This document shows, piece after piece, positions 1 through 10,158 of a stretch of 64,000 bases of DNA; positions within the stretch are counted from its first letter, which is position 1; every line of letters starts with the position of its first letter. The notes beneath the pieces were generated by a model. That model did no database searches, was not told where the DNA came from, and saw only the letters and a list, made by a program, of their open reading frames with translations. This DNA is from Candidatus Latescibacterota bacterium (GTDB taxonomy: Bacteria; Latescibacterota; UBA2968; GCA-2709665): contig CBDDDZ010000005.1 of NCBI GenBank assembly GCA_965226795.1, forward strand, positions 1,474,016 to 1,538,015. Reading direction: 5' to 3'. The translations under genes and the position numbers were made by a program.

Positions 1-2424
1 GGCCTGAAAATCCAGGACCAGGTTCAACCGAAGGGTGCCGGGCGGGTAACGCCTGATTTCGAAGATTGCTGGAATCGTGACTTCGCCTTCGTAGACGGCC
101 AGAGGCTGATCGGCAAAAGGAAAACGGACGCTTTTCGCCGACGGGTACGAAATATCGATGGCTTCGAGCGGGTGTTCGGAAGATATGCTGAGCGTCGTTG
201 GAACCAGAAAATCCATTGAAGCGGGGTTGGCGTTGATGTGCCAACCCTTCTTTACTTTCAGTCTTACCAGGAGTTCCAGCCGCCCTCCGGCAACCGGGGG
301 TGTGGTGCGCACTATCGCCGTGGCTTTTACGGCCTCATGGCTTGCCGAAATGATCGAATCGGTGGATGCCCGTGCGCCCGACACCGCCGTATCGTGAACA
401 ATCGGCGTGAGCTTGGAGGAATTCATTTCCAGGTATCTCAACAAACCGTGATACATATTGTTGAAACCGCCCGGACTCTGTTGCAACAAGGCACCAAAGG
501 TATGCAGCGACCGCGACGCCAGGTCCATATATTCCGCTTTTTTCGTCAGCTTGTGAAGGCTGAGCAAGGCATGCACGGCAACCGAATTACCGGAAGGTAT
601 GGCGCCGTCGTAGGGTTTCTTGGTACGGGTGATGAGGTGTTCAACACCGCTGGTGAAGAAAAAACCGCCTCCATCCGCGTCCCAGTAAAGGCTGCGCATT
701 CGCTCGGACAGAGCTTCGGCTTCTCTGAGGTACCGGGGCTCTCCGGAAGCCTCGTGCAGCGACACCAGGCCCTGGATGAGAAACGCATAGTCCTCCTGAA
801 AACCCAGATTCTCTGCCGTTCCGTTCCGATAGATGCGAATGAGGTCGCCGTTCCCGTCTCGCATGCGACCCAGGACAAAGTTCGCAGCCCTGCGCGCGGC
901 GCGCAGATAGGAAGCGGATTTCAATAGGGCGTATGCATCGGCATAGGCCGCAATCATCAAACCATTCCATGCGGTGATAATTTTGTCGTCCAGCAGGGGC
1001 CGAACTCGCAGTTGTCTGGCGGATAGCAGTTTTTGCTTCAGCGGCCGGAGCCGGTCCCGGAGACCCGCGGGGGGCAGGGACAGTATGTCTGCCGCCGCGT
1101 CCAGGGTTGTTGGCAAATAGAGGACCATTCTGTCGCCTTCCGGCATTCGCGCAAGGTCGTAGACCTTGAGAAAGAGGTCTGCGTCCTCTTTGAGAATGCG
1201 CCGAATTTCGGCTCGGGTCCAGAGATAGTATTCACCTTCCTTGCCGCTGGTTTCCGAGTCTAGGGCGGAGTAGAAGGCGCCTTCCGGCGAGGTCATTTCC
1301 CGCGATACGTATTGGAGAATATCCTCTGCTGTGTAACGATAGTGCTGATTGCCGGTCATCTGATACGCGCGGAGGTAGATTCTGGCCAACTGGGCCTGGT
1401 TGTAGAGCATTTTCTCAAAATGCGGTACCTGCCAACCTGGATCGATGGCGTAGCGATGGAATCCGCCGCCGAGGTGATCAAAGATGCCGCCTGCGGCCAT
1501 ATTGTCCAGCGTGCCAGTCACGATGTCCAGGAGTTCGCTTTCGTTCCGGAGTTGGTATTGAGACATGAGCAGGTCGAGTGCCTGATCGGGAGGAAATTTC
1601 GGTGCGTCTCCAAATCCACCATGTACGGGGTCAAAGGATTGTTTGAGTTTTCCAATAGCCCGATCCAGGGTGCTATAACCCGGCGCGATATCGGATGTTT
1701 CGGGAGGAGCTACCAGATGGATTCTCCCCAGGGCGGACGAAATGTACCTGGATTGCGCGACGACATCCGACCTTCGGTTTGTCCACGCGTTTCGGATGAC
1801 CTCAATTACGCGGGGAAAGCCCGGGCGGTTGTATCGGGGATCGTCCTTCGGCGGGAAATAGGTACCCGCAAAAAAAGGATATTGTTCGGGAGTGAGGAAA
1901 ACGGAGTTCGGCCACCCGCCGTGTCCGGCGATGATCCTGGTTGCTGTCATGTAGATTTCGTCGATGTCGGGCCGCTCTTCCCTGTCGACCTTGATATTGA
2001 CGAAGTTGTCGTTCATTTGCTTGGCTATCGCGGGATCTGAAAAAACGAGGCGTTCCATCACGTGGCACCAGTAGCAGGTTGCGTACCCCACCGAAAGGAA
2101 AATTGGTTTGTCTTCCCGGCGTGCGCGTTCGATGGCCTCGGTTCCCCACGGATACCAATCCACCGGGTTGTGGGCGTGCAGCAACAGGTAGGGACTGGTT
2201 TCACGAATGAGCCGGTTGGTGTATTTCCAGGTCCCGTCGGCGTCTTTGAGGGGGTGCACAGCCCCGTCGGCGTTCGAATCGGATGCGGCTTCCTGAGAGC
2301 CGCCCTGAGGCGGCGATGGCTGCCCCGAAGCATTCGCACGACAGACGGTACCGATTGCCATAACGGCGACCATGGCGGCCAGGATCGCATAGCGACCGGG
2401 TGCGAATGTTGTTGGATAGTTCAT
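1..2424 (-). CDS. Thioredoxin-domain protein of the DUF255/YyaL type (N-terminal thioredoxin-like domain plus six-hairpin/N-acylglucosamine-epimerase-like domain); its C-terminus runs off the window start
   Basis: My own reverse-strand translation from the ATG at 2424: [25 protein letters not shown] (signal/TM) ... [74 protein letters not shown] ... [18 protein letters not shown]. The frame stays open to position 1 with no stop, so it is absent from the ORF track. The listed plus-strand ORFs 238..927 and 1312..2040 are antisense shadows of this gene. Confidence 0.85.
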   Translation of the reverse strand, partial: MNYPTTFAPGRYAILAAMVAVMAIGTVCRANASGQPSPPQGGSQEAASDSNADGAVHPLKDADGTWKYTNRLIRETSPYLLLHAHNPVDWYPWGTEAIERARREDKPIFLSVGYATCYWCHVMERLVFSDPAIAKQMNDNFVNIKVDREERPDIDEIYMTATRIIAGHGGWPNSVFLTPEQYPFFAGTYFPPKDDPRYNRPGFPRVIEVIRNAWTNRRSDVVAQSRYISSALGRIHLVAPPETSDIAPGYSTLDRAIGKLKQSFDPVHGGFGDAPKFPPDQALDLLMSQYQLRNESELLDIVTGTLDNMAAGGIFDHLGGGFHRYAIDPGWQVPHFEKMLYNQAQLARIYLRAYQMTGNQHYRYTAEDILQYVSREMTSPEGAFYSALDSETSGKEGEYYLWTRAEIRRILKEDADLFLKVYDLARMPEGDRMVLYLPTTLDAAADILSLPPAGLRDRLRPLKQKLLSARQLRVRPLLDDKIITAWNGLMIAAYADAYALLKSASYLRAARRAANFVLGRMRDGNGDLIRIYRNGTAENLGFQEDYAFLIQGLVSLHEASGEPRYLREAEALSERMRSLYWDADGGGFFFTSGVEHLITRTKKPYDGAIPSGNSVAVHALLSLHKLTKKAEYMDLASRSLHTFGALLQQSPGGFNNMYHGLLRYLEMNSSKLTPIVHDTAVSGARASTDSIISASHEAVKATAIVRTTPPVAGGRLELLVRLKVKKGWHINANPASMDFLVPTTLSISSEHPLEAIDISYPSAKSVRFPFADQPLAVYEGEVTIPAIFEIRRYPPGTLRLNLVLDFQA

Positions 2425-2530
2425 GTTGGCGGGCTTAAGAAAAGTGGGGAATCCTGACGTTCATCGTCTCTGTGGCGATCTCGGGACTTGCACTTTCGAA
2501 AGGACGTAAGGGCATAAACGATCGAGGAGG

Positions 2531-3778
2531 TTAGCCGGTAAACGCGTGTCTGATTTTGTCCACCGCCTCCACGATGTCGTCCATGTCTTCTCGCGTGCCC
2601 AGGAGCATGGACTGGTAGAACCATACACTGTGCCTGCACGCATGTTCAACCCTCGGGCAAGGTAACCTGCGCACGAGATCGGGGTATTCTTCCGAAACGC
2701 TCTTCAGGGCGCCTTCGTCCGTCAGCGGCCGCTGGTAACCGGGTGTACAGTCGATGCCTTCGGCGATCAGGGCTCTGATGAATTCGTCTCTGCTTTGGCC
2801 GCCGAAATATTCCGGTTCGTAGAGCGTCATGTACAGATGGTATCCGTGCTGTGTGACCCAGGGACGCGCCGCGGGAGGGGTCACGCCGCCGACCTTTCGC
2901 AGTTCACGGGTAAGATAGACCGCGTTTCGACACCTAATCTCGGTCTGAAGCTGCAATCTCTTGAGTCTTCCCAGAAGGATGCACGCCAGATATTCGGAGG
3001 TGCGATAGTTCCATCCGTGGCGCGGGTATTCCCATCGTTCGCCACCGGGGCGCCGACCGACGTCACTGAATGCGCATGCCCGTTCGTGAATGTGCCCATG
3101 GTTGGTGACAAGGCAGCCGCCCTCGCCAACCGTAAGGTTCTTGCTGGACTGGAAGCTGTACGCGCCAACATCGCCAAGCGGGCCGACCTTCCGGCCGTAA
3201 TGTTCGGCGCCGTGGGCCTGAGCGGCATCTTCAACCACCACCAGGCCATGTTTGTCGGCGATGGCGTTCAGGGCGTCCATATCCGCGGCGTGCCCTCCCA
3301 CATGCACTGGAAGAATGCCTACAGTACTCGGGGTTATGGCCGCCTCTACTGCGGTCGGGTCGAGGGTAAAACTGACCGGATCGATATCTGCCAGCGCCAG
3401 CCTGCAACGCACGGACAGAGCGGCGCTGGCCGTGGCGATGAACGTATAGTTGGGGATAATGATTTCCCCTCCCGCCCGAAGCCCGTCGAGATCAAGCGCG
3501 CCGGCTATGGAGGCGGATATCGCGTCAGTACCATGTGGCATCATCAAGCCGTAGCCGGCGCCGCAATAGTCCGCGAACGCCTGTCCGAACCGGTCGCTCC
3601 TGCTTGCCGGAAGACCCTCTATCTTTCCCAGGTAAACTTCCCGGAGCGCCGGCTCGATTTCGCTTTCCCACTCGGTCTCGGTGTTGGCGGGCCAGGCTGG
3701 CCACGGATTCTCGCGCCGATTGCGTACGGGTGTGCCCCCATTCACCGCCAGCCGGTTGGCAGAAATCAGATTTGGCAT
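2531..3778 (-). CDS. DegT/DnrJ/EryC1/StrS-family PLP-dependent aminotransferase (sugar aminotransferase type)
   Basis: 415-aa ORF with family-typical blocks (GxxxDAISASI, VVVEDAAQAHGA, FQSSKNLTVGEGG with the PLP lysine). Same strand as the flanking genes. Confidence 0.85.
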   Translation of the reverse strand: MPNLISANRLAVNGGTPVRNRRENPWPAWPANTETEWESEIEPALREVYLGKIEGLPASRSDRFGQAFADYCGAGYGLMMPHGTDAISASIAGALDLDGLRAGGEIIIPNYTFIATASAALSVRCRLALADIDPVSFTLDPTAVEAAITPSTVGILPVHVGGHAADMDALNAIADKHGLVVVEDAAQAHGAEHYGRKVGPLGDVGAYSFQSSKNLTVGEGGCLVTNHGHIHERACAFSDVGRRPGGERWEYPRHGWNYRTSEYLACILLGRLKRLQLQTEIRCRNAVYLTRELRKVGGVTPPAARPWVTQHGYHLYMTLYEPEYFGGQSRDEFIRALIAEGIDCTPGYQRPLTDEGALKSVSEEYPDLVRRLPCPRVEHACRHSVWFYQSMLLGTREDMDDIVEAVDKIRHAFTG

Positions 3779-3934
3779 CAGAACTCCCGTGAACGTGTCT
3801 GGATAATTCGCGGTTTCTTTCGGTCCCGAGCGGGTTCCTCACACTGTTGAAGGAAGCCCGGCGCACGAGGCGTATCGACGGGCGAGGACCAAAGATGCCG
3901 GCGGGCAAGAGCCAGGCACTACTGCGTGAATCGA

Positions 3935-5170
3935 TCAATCCGCCACGAGTTCGCAGGCAGCCGCGCGCACCAGCTTCTCGCTTTCGACTGCGAGCCCGGC
4001 ATATCTGGGTTCCATACCGCCTTCGCGGTGGGCCTTGGGGGTACTCAGGTAACCGACGTCGGCTGTCGGGCCGGACAGGACGATGCTGAGTCCGCCCGGT
4101 GCCGCAGACTTGATCGCCGACGCGGTTTCAACGAAGATTTCACCGGGAAGGTGAATTATATTGACCCCACACGCTGAGACCCTTGTGATGGTGTAGTCCA
4201 GAAATAGCCTGCCGGTTTCGAAATGTCGGCTGCCGTAGGCCTGAAACCGCTGGAGGCCGTCGGAACGTCTCGGCGTTGTTTTCAGTTCGTCCTCGACGGC
4301 ATCGTGATCCTCATACGAAAACGTGTGCAACTGAACAGTTTTCTGGGTGACATGGAGGTCCCCGGAACCGTTCATGCCCGCCTGTTCCAATGCGTAGAGT
4401 GCCGCCCCTCCGACACTGTTGCCCACACGCCTGTAAGTACGACCGGCTCGGCTCACGGGTACCACGTTTCCGATGCTACCCGGAAGAAACAGCGCATTGA
4501 CACCCGCCGCTTCGACCACACTTCGGGCGACACCCGGATAGTCAGCGGAAATATGCCCGTATTTGTCGGTGTTGCACAGCGCGTGGCAGCCGAATACGAT
4601 TGCGCAATGGGTCGGATTACCTTTCGCACCGTCAATTCGGAGCACGTAGACGTTGTCGTCAACTTCGGCATAGGTGAGTTCGGGACGAGGGTAGGGGAAT
4701 TTGAAGTTGCTCATAACCAGGTTTCCGTCCTGATCGTATGAGCGCCGGTTATAGAGAATATTGGGAGCGGGACTGGCGCCTGCGCCCAGACGCGAGGGTT
4801 CCATCGCATTGGCGGCTTTACGGACGGCTGCTGCCATATTGTCCGCGAAAAAATCCTCCCTTCCATAGTACTTCAACGTCTCACAGGGAATGCTGACATA
4901 TGATTGGAATAAAATGGGCGTGGTGCCGACATGGGACGCACAGGGCAGGATGTGGTTTAGATTCAGCCAGGCGATGTCCCTGAGACGTTCCCTGACGCGA
5001 GCCATGAGATCTTCTTCGATGCTGAAGCAATCCCCGGCCAGGAAGGTGACGTTGGTGTCCCCTTTCCGAAGGATAAGGGCGCGGAAGGAGATCGGATCGT
5101 AAACTCTAAAGGAGCCATCTGGCGGTTCTTCAGGGGTAAAGTCCTGAATGCCGAATCCGGTTTCCAGCAC
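3935..5170 (-). CDS. Hypothetical hydrolase, weakly neutral/alkaline ceramidase-like
   Basis: 411-aa ORF with a protein-like composition. The N-terminal pattern RVYDPISFRALILRKGDTNVTFLAGDCFSI resembles the ceramidase N-domain signature. The assignment is weak. Confidence 0.45.
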   Translation of the reverse strand: MLETGFGIQDFTPEEPPDGSFRVYDPISFRALILRKGDTNVTFLAGDCFSIEEDLMARVRERLRDIAWLNLNHILPCASHVGTTPILFQSYVSIPCETLKYYGREDFFADNMAAAVRKAANAMEPSRLGAGASPAPNILYNRRSYDQDGNLVMSNFKFPYPRPELTYAEVDDNVYVLRIDGAKGNPTHCAIVFGCHALCNTDKYGHISADYPGVARSVVEAAGVNALFLPGSIGNVVPVSRAGRTYRRVGNSVGGAALYALEQAGMNGSGDLHVTQKTVQLHTFSYEDHDAVEDELKTTPRRSDGLQRFQAYGSRHFETGRLFLDYTITRVSACGVNIIHLPGEIFVETASAIKSAAPGGLSIVLSGPTADVGYLSTPKAHREGGMEPRYAGLAVESEKLVRAAACELVAD

Positions 5171-5280
5171 GTTAAGCCCCCTCTGTTGTAATTGAGTCGC
5201 GAAAGTGGTTCATTGATAGGGTAATTTCCACCGGGCGTCAAGTGTTTTCCTGCAGTGCGCCACCTTGCGGGCGGTGAGCC

Positions 5281-5309
5281 TTGACGTATCCGTCGGTATG
5301 GGTTACATT
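5281..5309 (+). promoter_or_regulatory. Candidate sigma-70 promoter (TTGACG, 17-nt spacer, TACATT) upstream of the FAD/Fe-S oxidoreductase gene
   Basis: Motif read directly in the divergent intergenic region. A GGGAG SD sits just before the ATG at 5440. Confidence 0.35.
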
Positions 5310-5439
5310 ATCGGTTTGTCGGTGCCGGTTTGGCCGGTCCGCGCCGTTTACGGTTTGGTTGTAAGGGCGCGAAGAGCCGCCGGGCGCGCGGTTGGACGAA
5401 TTCAGCAAATGCTGTTCGAGACGAAGCAAGGGAGATCTG

Positions 5440-8306
5440 ATGAAGGCCCTGTTGGCAGCGCTTGAACGGGAACTTTCCGGTGAGGTTCGGTTCGATAAGG
5501 CTTCACGGATTCTATACAGCACCGATGCGAGCATGTATCAGATCGAACCGTTGGGGGTGGTTCTGCCCAGACATCGACAGGACGTCCTGCGGGTCATTCG
5601 TCTGGCGCGGGAGTTCGGTGTACCCGTATTGCCGCGCGGCGGCGGCACGGCACTTGCAGGACAGTGCGTGGGCCCGGCTGTGATTATGGATTTGTCGAAA
5701 TTTATGAATGATATCCTCGAATTGAACGAGGAAGAGGGATGGGTGCGGGTTCAGCCGGGCGTAGTACTGGACGAATTGAATTCGCATCTGAAGCCTTATG
5801 GTCTGCAATTCGCCCCGGACGTGGCGACAAGCAGTCGAGCGACGATTGGTGGGATGATCGGGAACAATTCGGCGGGGGCCCATTCGGTAATCTACGGGAA
5901 GACAATCGACCACGTACTGGAACTGAAGGTGGCGCTTGCGGACGGCACAGAAACCCTTTTCAGGGATATGTCCGACGAGGAACTAGCCGACAAAACCAGG
6001 CAGACGGACCTGGAAGGCCGGGCATACAGGGAAGTCGTCCGGCTTGCCCGGAACCACCGTGCGGAAATCGATCGGCGGTACCCGAAGATTCTGCGGCGCG
6101 TGGGCGGTTACAATCTCGACGAATTCACCAAGCGACAACCGTTCAATATGTGCCGCATGATTCTGGGGTCGGAGGGAACCCTCGCCACCGTACTGGAAGC
6201 CAAGTTGCGCGTGATTCCGCTTCCGCGCGCCAGGGTGTTGGGGGTGGTACAGTTCGGTGATCTCATTGAATCAATGGCGGCGGTTTCACCCATACTGGAG
6301 ACCGGACCGGCGGCTGTGGAACTGGTGGATCGCATGATACTGGAGCAAACCCGAGGATCGATCGCACTGTCCGGGGAACGCGGCTGGGTTGAAGGAGATC
6401 CCAGGGCGGTGCTTGTGGTGGAGTATTTCGGAGATTCTCTTGACGTGTTGATTCCGCGGCTTGAGGCGCTCGAGGCCAAAATGTCGGAACATGGTCTCGG
6501 CTATGGATTTCGACGGGCGGTGACGGCCGAGGAGCAGGCGAATGTCTGGAACGTGCGCCAGTCGGGCCTGGGATTGCTGATGGGTGTCAAGGGGGATACG
6601 AAACCGGTGGCTTTTGTGGAGGATTCCGCCGTTTCGCCGGAGAAGCTGCCGGATTATATCCGCGACTTCGAGCGGATTGTGCGTGAGCACGATACGACGG
6701 CCGGCTACTACGCGCATGCCAGTGTGGGATTGCTTCACATCCGGCCGATGGTGAATTTGAAAACGGCGGCGGGAGTAGCCAAAATGAGGTCGATCGCGGA
6801 AGCCGTTCTGGATCTGGTGTTGAGATACAGTGGTGCGATGAGCGGTGAGCACGGTGATGGCCTTGCTCGAAGTTGCTGGAACGAACGGGTTTTCGGGTCC
6901 ACGCTGTACAATGCGTTCCGGGAAATAAAACGTGCGTTCGATCCGGAGGGGCTGATGAATCCGGGAAAGATCGTCGACGCGCCCATGATGACGGAAAACT
7001 TGCGGTTCGGTCCCGAATACCGCGCTCAGGAGCCACGCACCCACTTCGACTTTTCGGCCGACGGGGGATTCCACCGGGCGGTGGAGATGTGCAACGGCGT
7101 GGGTGCATGCCGAAAAAAACTCCAGGGTACGATGTGCCCTTCCTACATGGCCACTCTCGACGAGGCCCATTCCACACGCGGTAGGGCGAATGCGCTCCGC
7201 GCCGCCATATCGGGGGGGCTTCAGGGTGGGCTGGCCGACGAGCGGGTCTACGAGATCCTGGACCTGTGCCTGGAGTGCAAAGCGTGCAAGTCGGAATGCC
7301 CGTCCAATGTGGACATGGCCAAAATCAAGTATGAATTCCTTGCACACTATTACGATACGCATGGAAGACCGCTGCGGGAATGGTTGTTCGGCAATATCGA
7401 TACCCTGAATCGTGCCGGATGCGCGCTGGCGCCCCTATCCAATTGGGTTGCCAGCACCAGGCTCGCCAGGCTGGGTATGCAGTTTCTGGGCATCGCACCG
7501 GAAAGGGCATTGCCGCCGTTCGCACGCCGGACGTTCACCGATTGGTTTGCGAGGCGCAGCAAGCGACAGAGCGAACGGAAGGTGGTGCTCTTCAATGATA
7601 CCTACCTCACGTTCAATGAACCCGACATCGGTATTGCGGCCACGCGCTTTCTGGAGGCTGCGGGATATGAGGTAATCCTGCCGACAAAGCGCTGCTGCGG
7701 AAGGCCGCTCCTGTCCAGTGGCATGATTGAGCAGGTCAAAGACAATCTGGCGTTCAACATGCGGCACCTTCATACGTACGTCGCGCAGGGGTACGATATC
7801 GTGGGTTTTGAACCCAGTTGCGTATCAATGTTGACGGACGATTACCCTGAGCTGAACGCGGACCCCCGTGTCCGGGAGGTGTCCGAGCGGTGCTATACCG
7901 TGGAGTCCTATCTGAGCCTGCTGGCGGAACGGGGCGAACTGCAGGTGTCATTCTCGAATTTGAAGAAGGAGATACTTGTCCACGGGCACTGCCATCAGAA
8001 GGCTCTCTGGGGCATGGCACCGTCGCTCGAGGCATTGAATATGCCACCCGATACTCGGCATCAGCCATTGATTCAGCCTGCTGCGGTATGGCCGGCGCAT
8101 TTGGTTATCAGGTGGAGCACTACGACATTTCGCTGAAAATGGGCGAAGACCGGCTCCTGAACGTTGTCCGTGAAGCGGGGCCGGAAACGGAGATCGCTGC
8201 CGCCGGGCTGTCGTGCCGGCAGCAGATTCTCCATGCAACCGGACGGACCGCGCGTCATCCGATTCAGATTCTGTGGGAGGCGGTTGCATCCGCAAAAGAT
8301 GAATGA
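5440..8306 (+). CDS. FAD-binding (PCMH-type) plus Fe-S/CCG-domain oxidoreductase, a GlcD::GlcF-type fusion (YdiJ-like; D-2-hydroxyacid/lactate dehydrogenase family). Read as two ORFs because of an apparent 1-nt indel near 8045
   Basis: ORF 5392..8136 carries VLPRGGGTALAGQ (FAD binding), CLECKACKSECPSN (4Fe-4S) and a first CCG motif (KRCCGRPL, HGHCHQKAL). ORF 7890..8306 in another frame continues with the second CCG motif (IDSACCGMAGAFGY). Adding one C to the CCC run at about 8047..8049 restores ...SLEALNMPPRYSASAIDSACCGMAG... Confidence 0.8.
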
Positions 8307-8584
8307 GTGCCCTGCGGCGAATCCATGTCCGGGTAAACGGTGTTGTTCAGGGGGTGGGTTTTCGTTTTTTTTTGTGCCGCGTGGCGCGGAACCTTGGCCT
8401 CGTCGGGTACGTGCGCAATCGCGCCGACGGGAGCGTGGAACTCGAAGCGGAAGGGGAGCCCTCTGGCGTATCGGCTCTGATCGATGCCGTGGGCAAAGGG
8501 CCACCCGGCGCCCTTGTGCGGAACACAGCGGCACATCCACGTCCTGTTCAGTGTTCCGAAACCGAATTTGAGCTACGCTGGTAG
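8303..8584 (+). CDS. acyP: Acylphosphatase
   Basis: 93-aa ORF with the VNGVVQGVGFRFF signature. ATGA overlap with the upstream gene. Confidence 0.85.
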   Translation: MSALRRIHVRVNGVVQGVGFRFFLCRVARNLGLVGYVRNRADGSVELEAEGEPSGVSALIDAVGKGPPGALVRNTAAHPRPVQCSETEFELRW

Positions 8585-8599
8585 AAAGTGGGGTGCGTT

Positions 8600-9112
8600 A
8601 TGGATCTGTCGAGATATATTCGGGAAGTACCTGATTTTCCGAGACCGGGCATCCTTTTCAAGGATATTACGACCCTTTTGAAGGAGCCCGCGGTACTCGA
8701 TGCCGCAGTTCGACAGCTTGCAGAACCGTACCGGAATGCGGGTGTATCGCTTGTGGCAGGGATCGAGTCCAGGGGGTTCATTCTGGGCGCGGCCGTAGCC
8801 CGCGATCTGGGCGCGGGATTCGTGCCCATTCGAAAATCCGGCAGGTTGCCCGCGGAAACGGCTTCGGCGAGTTACGCGCTGGAATACGGTACGGATAGCA
8901 TTGAAATTCATACCGACGCGATCGTCCCGGGTCAACGTGTGCTGCTCATAGACGATTTGCTGGCAACTGGAGGTACCATGGAAGCCGCGGTCAGCCTCGT
9001 GAAGGGACTTGGGGGTCGGATCCCGGGTATTGCATTTCTGATCGAATTGACCGCACTCGACGGACGCTCGAAATTGCAGGGTGAAAATGTTATGGCGCTG
9101 GTCTCCTATTAG
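8600..9112 (+). CDS. apt: Adenine phosphoribosyltransferase
   Basis: MDLSRYIREVPDFPRPGILFKDIT ... VLLIDDLLATGGT (PRPP-binding motif). The start is taken at the internal Met of track ORF 8588..9112. Confidence 0.9.
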   Translation: MDLSRYIREVPDFPRPGILFKDITTLLKEPAVLDAAVRQLAEPYRNAGVSLVAGIESRGFILGAAVARDLGAGFVPIRKSGRLPAETASASYALEYGTDSIEIHTDAIVPGQRVLLIDDLLATGGTMEAAVSLVKGLGGRIPGIAFLIELTALDGRSKLQGENVMALVSY

Positions 9113-9348
9113 GCGCCCGCCACGCGGTCCGGGTAGACGTCCGTTGCCTGTTCGAGTGGATAGTGTGAAGTTGTTCGAGAAAACCGATCGTGCGAGGACG
9201 CTTCGGTGTAATCAGGCTCGCGTGGACGTGGTCTTCGCAGTTTGGTTGGCGGTTGTCGAGTCCTCGGCCGCCGGTGTCCCGCCAGTGTTGGAAATACATC
9301 GTTCGAAACGGGCGGGATATTTGAAAGCGTCCACATCTCGAATCGATG

Positions 9349-9421
9349 CCCCTGTAGCTCAGTGGATAGAGTAGCGGATTCCTAATCCGTTGGTCGCAGG
9401 TTCGAGTCCTGCCAGGGGCAT
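9349..9421 (+). tRNA. tRNA-Arg (anticodon CCU)
   Basis: GCCCCTG-TA-GCTCAGTGGATAGAGT-A-GCGGA-TTCCTAA-TCCGT-TGGTC-GCAGGTTCGAGTCCTGC-CAGGGGC-A. Cloverleaf with 7-bp acceptor stem, anticodon loop uuCCUaa, T-loop TTCGAGT. CCA is not encoded. Confidence 0.85.
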
Positions 9422-9619
9422 TTAGTTCTTCCGGAAACGGGCGCGGCATCTGGCCGCACAGAAAATATCCCATGCGGTCAAGCCTCAAGGGAAGTTGCGT
9501 TTCCAGGCTTTCCCGGTTGACATTGTACTGATCGAGATCGCATCCGGTGTCGGTATCTGCATCGCGTTTCACGTTGCGACACCGGTGTTTCGCGTCGATC
9601 CGCGGTTGGCGCAAGCGTC

Positions 9620-10083
9620 TTGAATTCTCCTGGGCAGGCAGTTGTGGGATTTCAAATCAACGAAACATTGCTGTTGCGTTTTCCCCGGGAACAAGCCTTC
9701 CATTTCTTTTCCGAGGCCGGAAATCTGGGTCGACCCACGCCACCGTGGCTCCGGTTCTCGATAAGAAGTTCCCAGCCAATTGAAATGGCACAAGGGACGG
9801 TCATCAACTACAGGATCAGGATCCACGGTGTGCCCGTGAATTGGGAAAGCGAAATTGCCCTCTGGCGGCCGCCGTTTGAGTTCTGCGATGTCCAGCGCCG
9901 GGGACCTTGCCGTTTCTGGATCCATCGGCAAATTTTCGAAGAAACACTGGAGGCACCCTGGTGACTGACAAGGTCGATTACGCCGTCCACGGCGATAGGC
10001 TGGTGAGTCGTCTGTTCGTTGCGCGAGATTTGAGAAAAATCTTCGCCTGTCGAAGAGCAAATCCAATCGAACAGTTTCCCTGA
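9620..10083 (+). CDS. SRPBCC (Bet v1-like/polyketide-cyclase fold) family protein, interrupted by an apparent 1-nt indel near 9950
   Basis: ORF 9620..9964 (…FFSEAGNLGRPTPPWLRFSI…EETLEAPW*). An unlisted short frame 9961..10083 continues VTDKVDYAVHGDRLVSRLFVARDLRKIFACRRANPIEQFP. Extending the CCC run (about 9955..9957) to CCCC gives a continuous ...EAPLVTDKVDYAV... Confidence 0.55.
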
Positions 10084-10158
10084 CACACACGGATGCGCTT
10101 ACCGGCGGTGCCACCAGCCCGTGGCGAACGCCGTTATAAATGGGGAAGTCGAGAACGG

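Noticed and set aside
238-2040. Plus-strand ORFs 238..927 (229 aa) and 1312..2040 (242 aa)
   Set aside because: R/G-rich, non-protein-like composition. Fully antisense to the clearly homologous DUF255/thioredoxin gene on the minus strand.
2795-3850. 351-aa plus-strand ORF
   Set aside because: Antisense to the DegT-family aminotransferase. Arg/Gly-rich shadow ORF typical of GC-rich DNA.
6286-7362. 358-aa minus-strand ORF (also 6587..7177)
   Set aside because: Lies entirely inside the FAD/Fe-S oxidoreductase gene on the opposite strand. No recognisable motifs.
9349-10090. tRNA-Arg as an integration site for a mobile element or genomic island
   Set aside because: No integrase, transposase or direct repeat of the tRNA 3' end found downstream. 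Neighbouring genes are ordinary metabolic genes.
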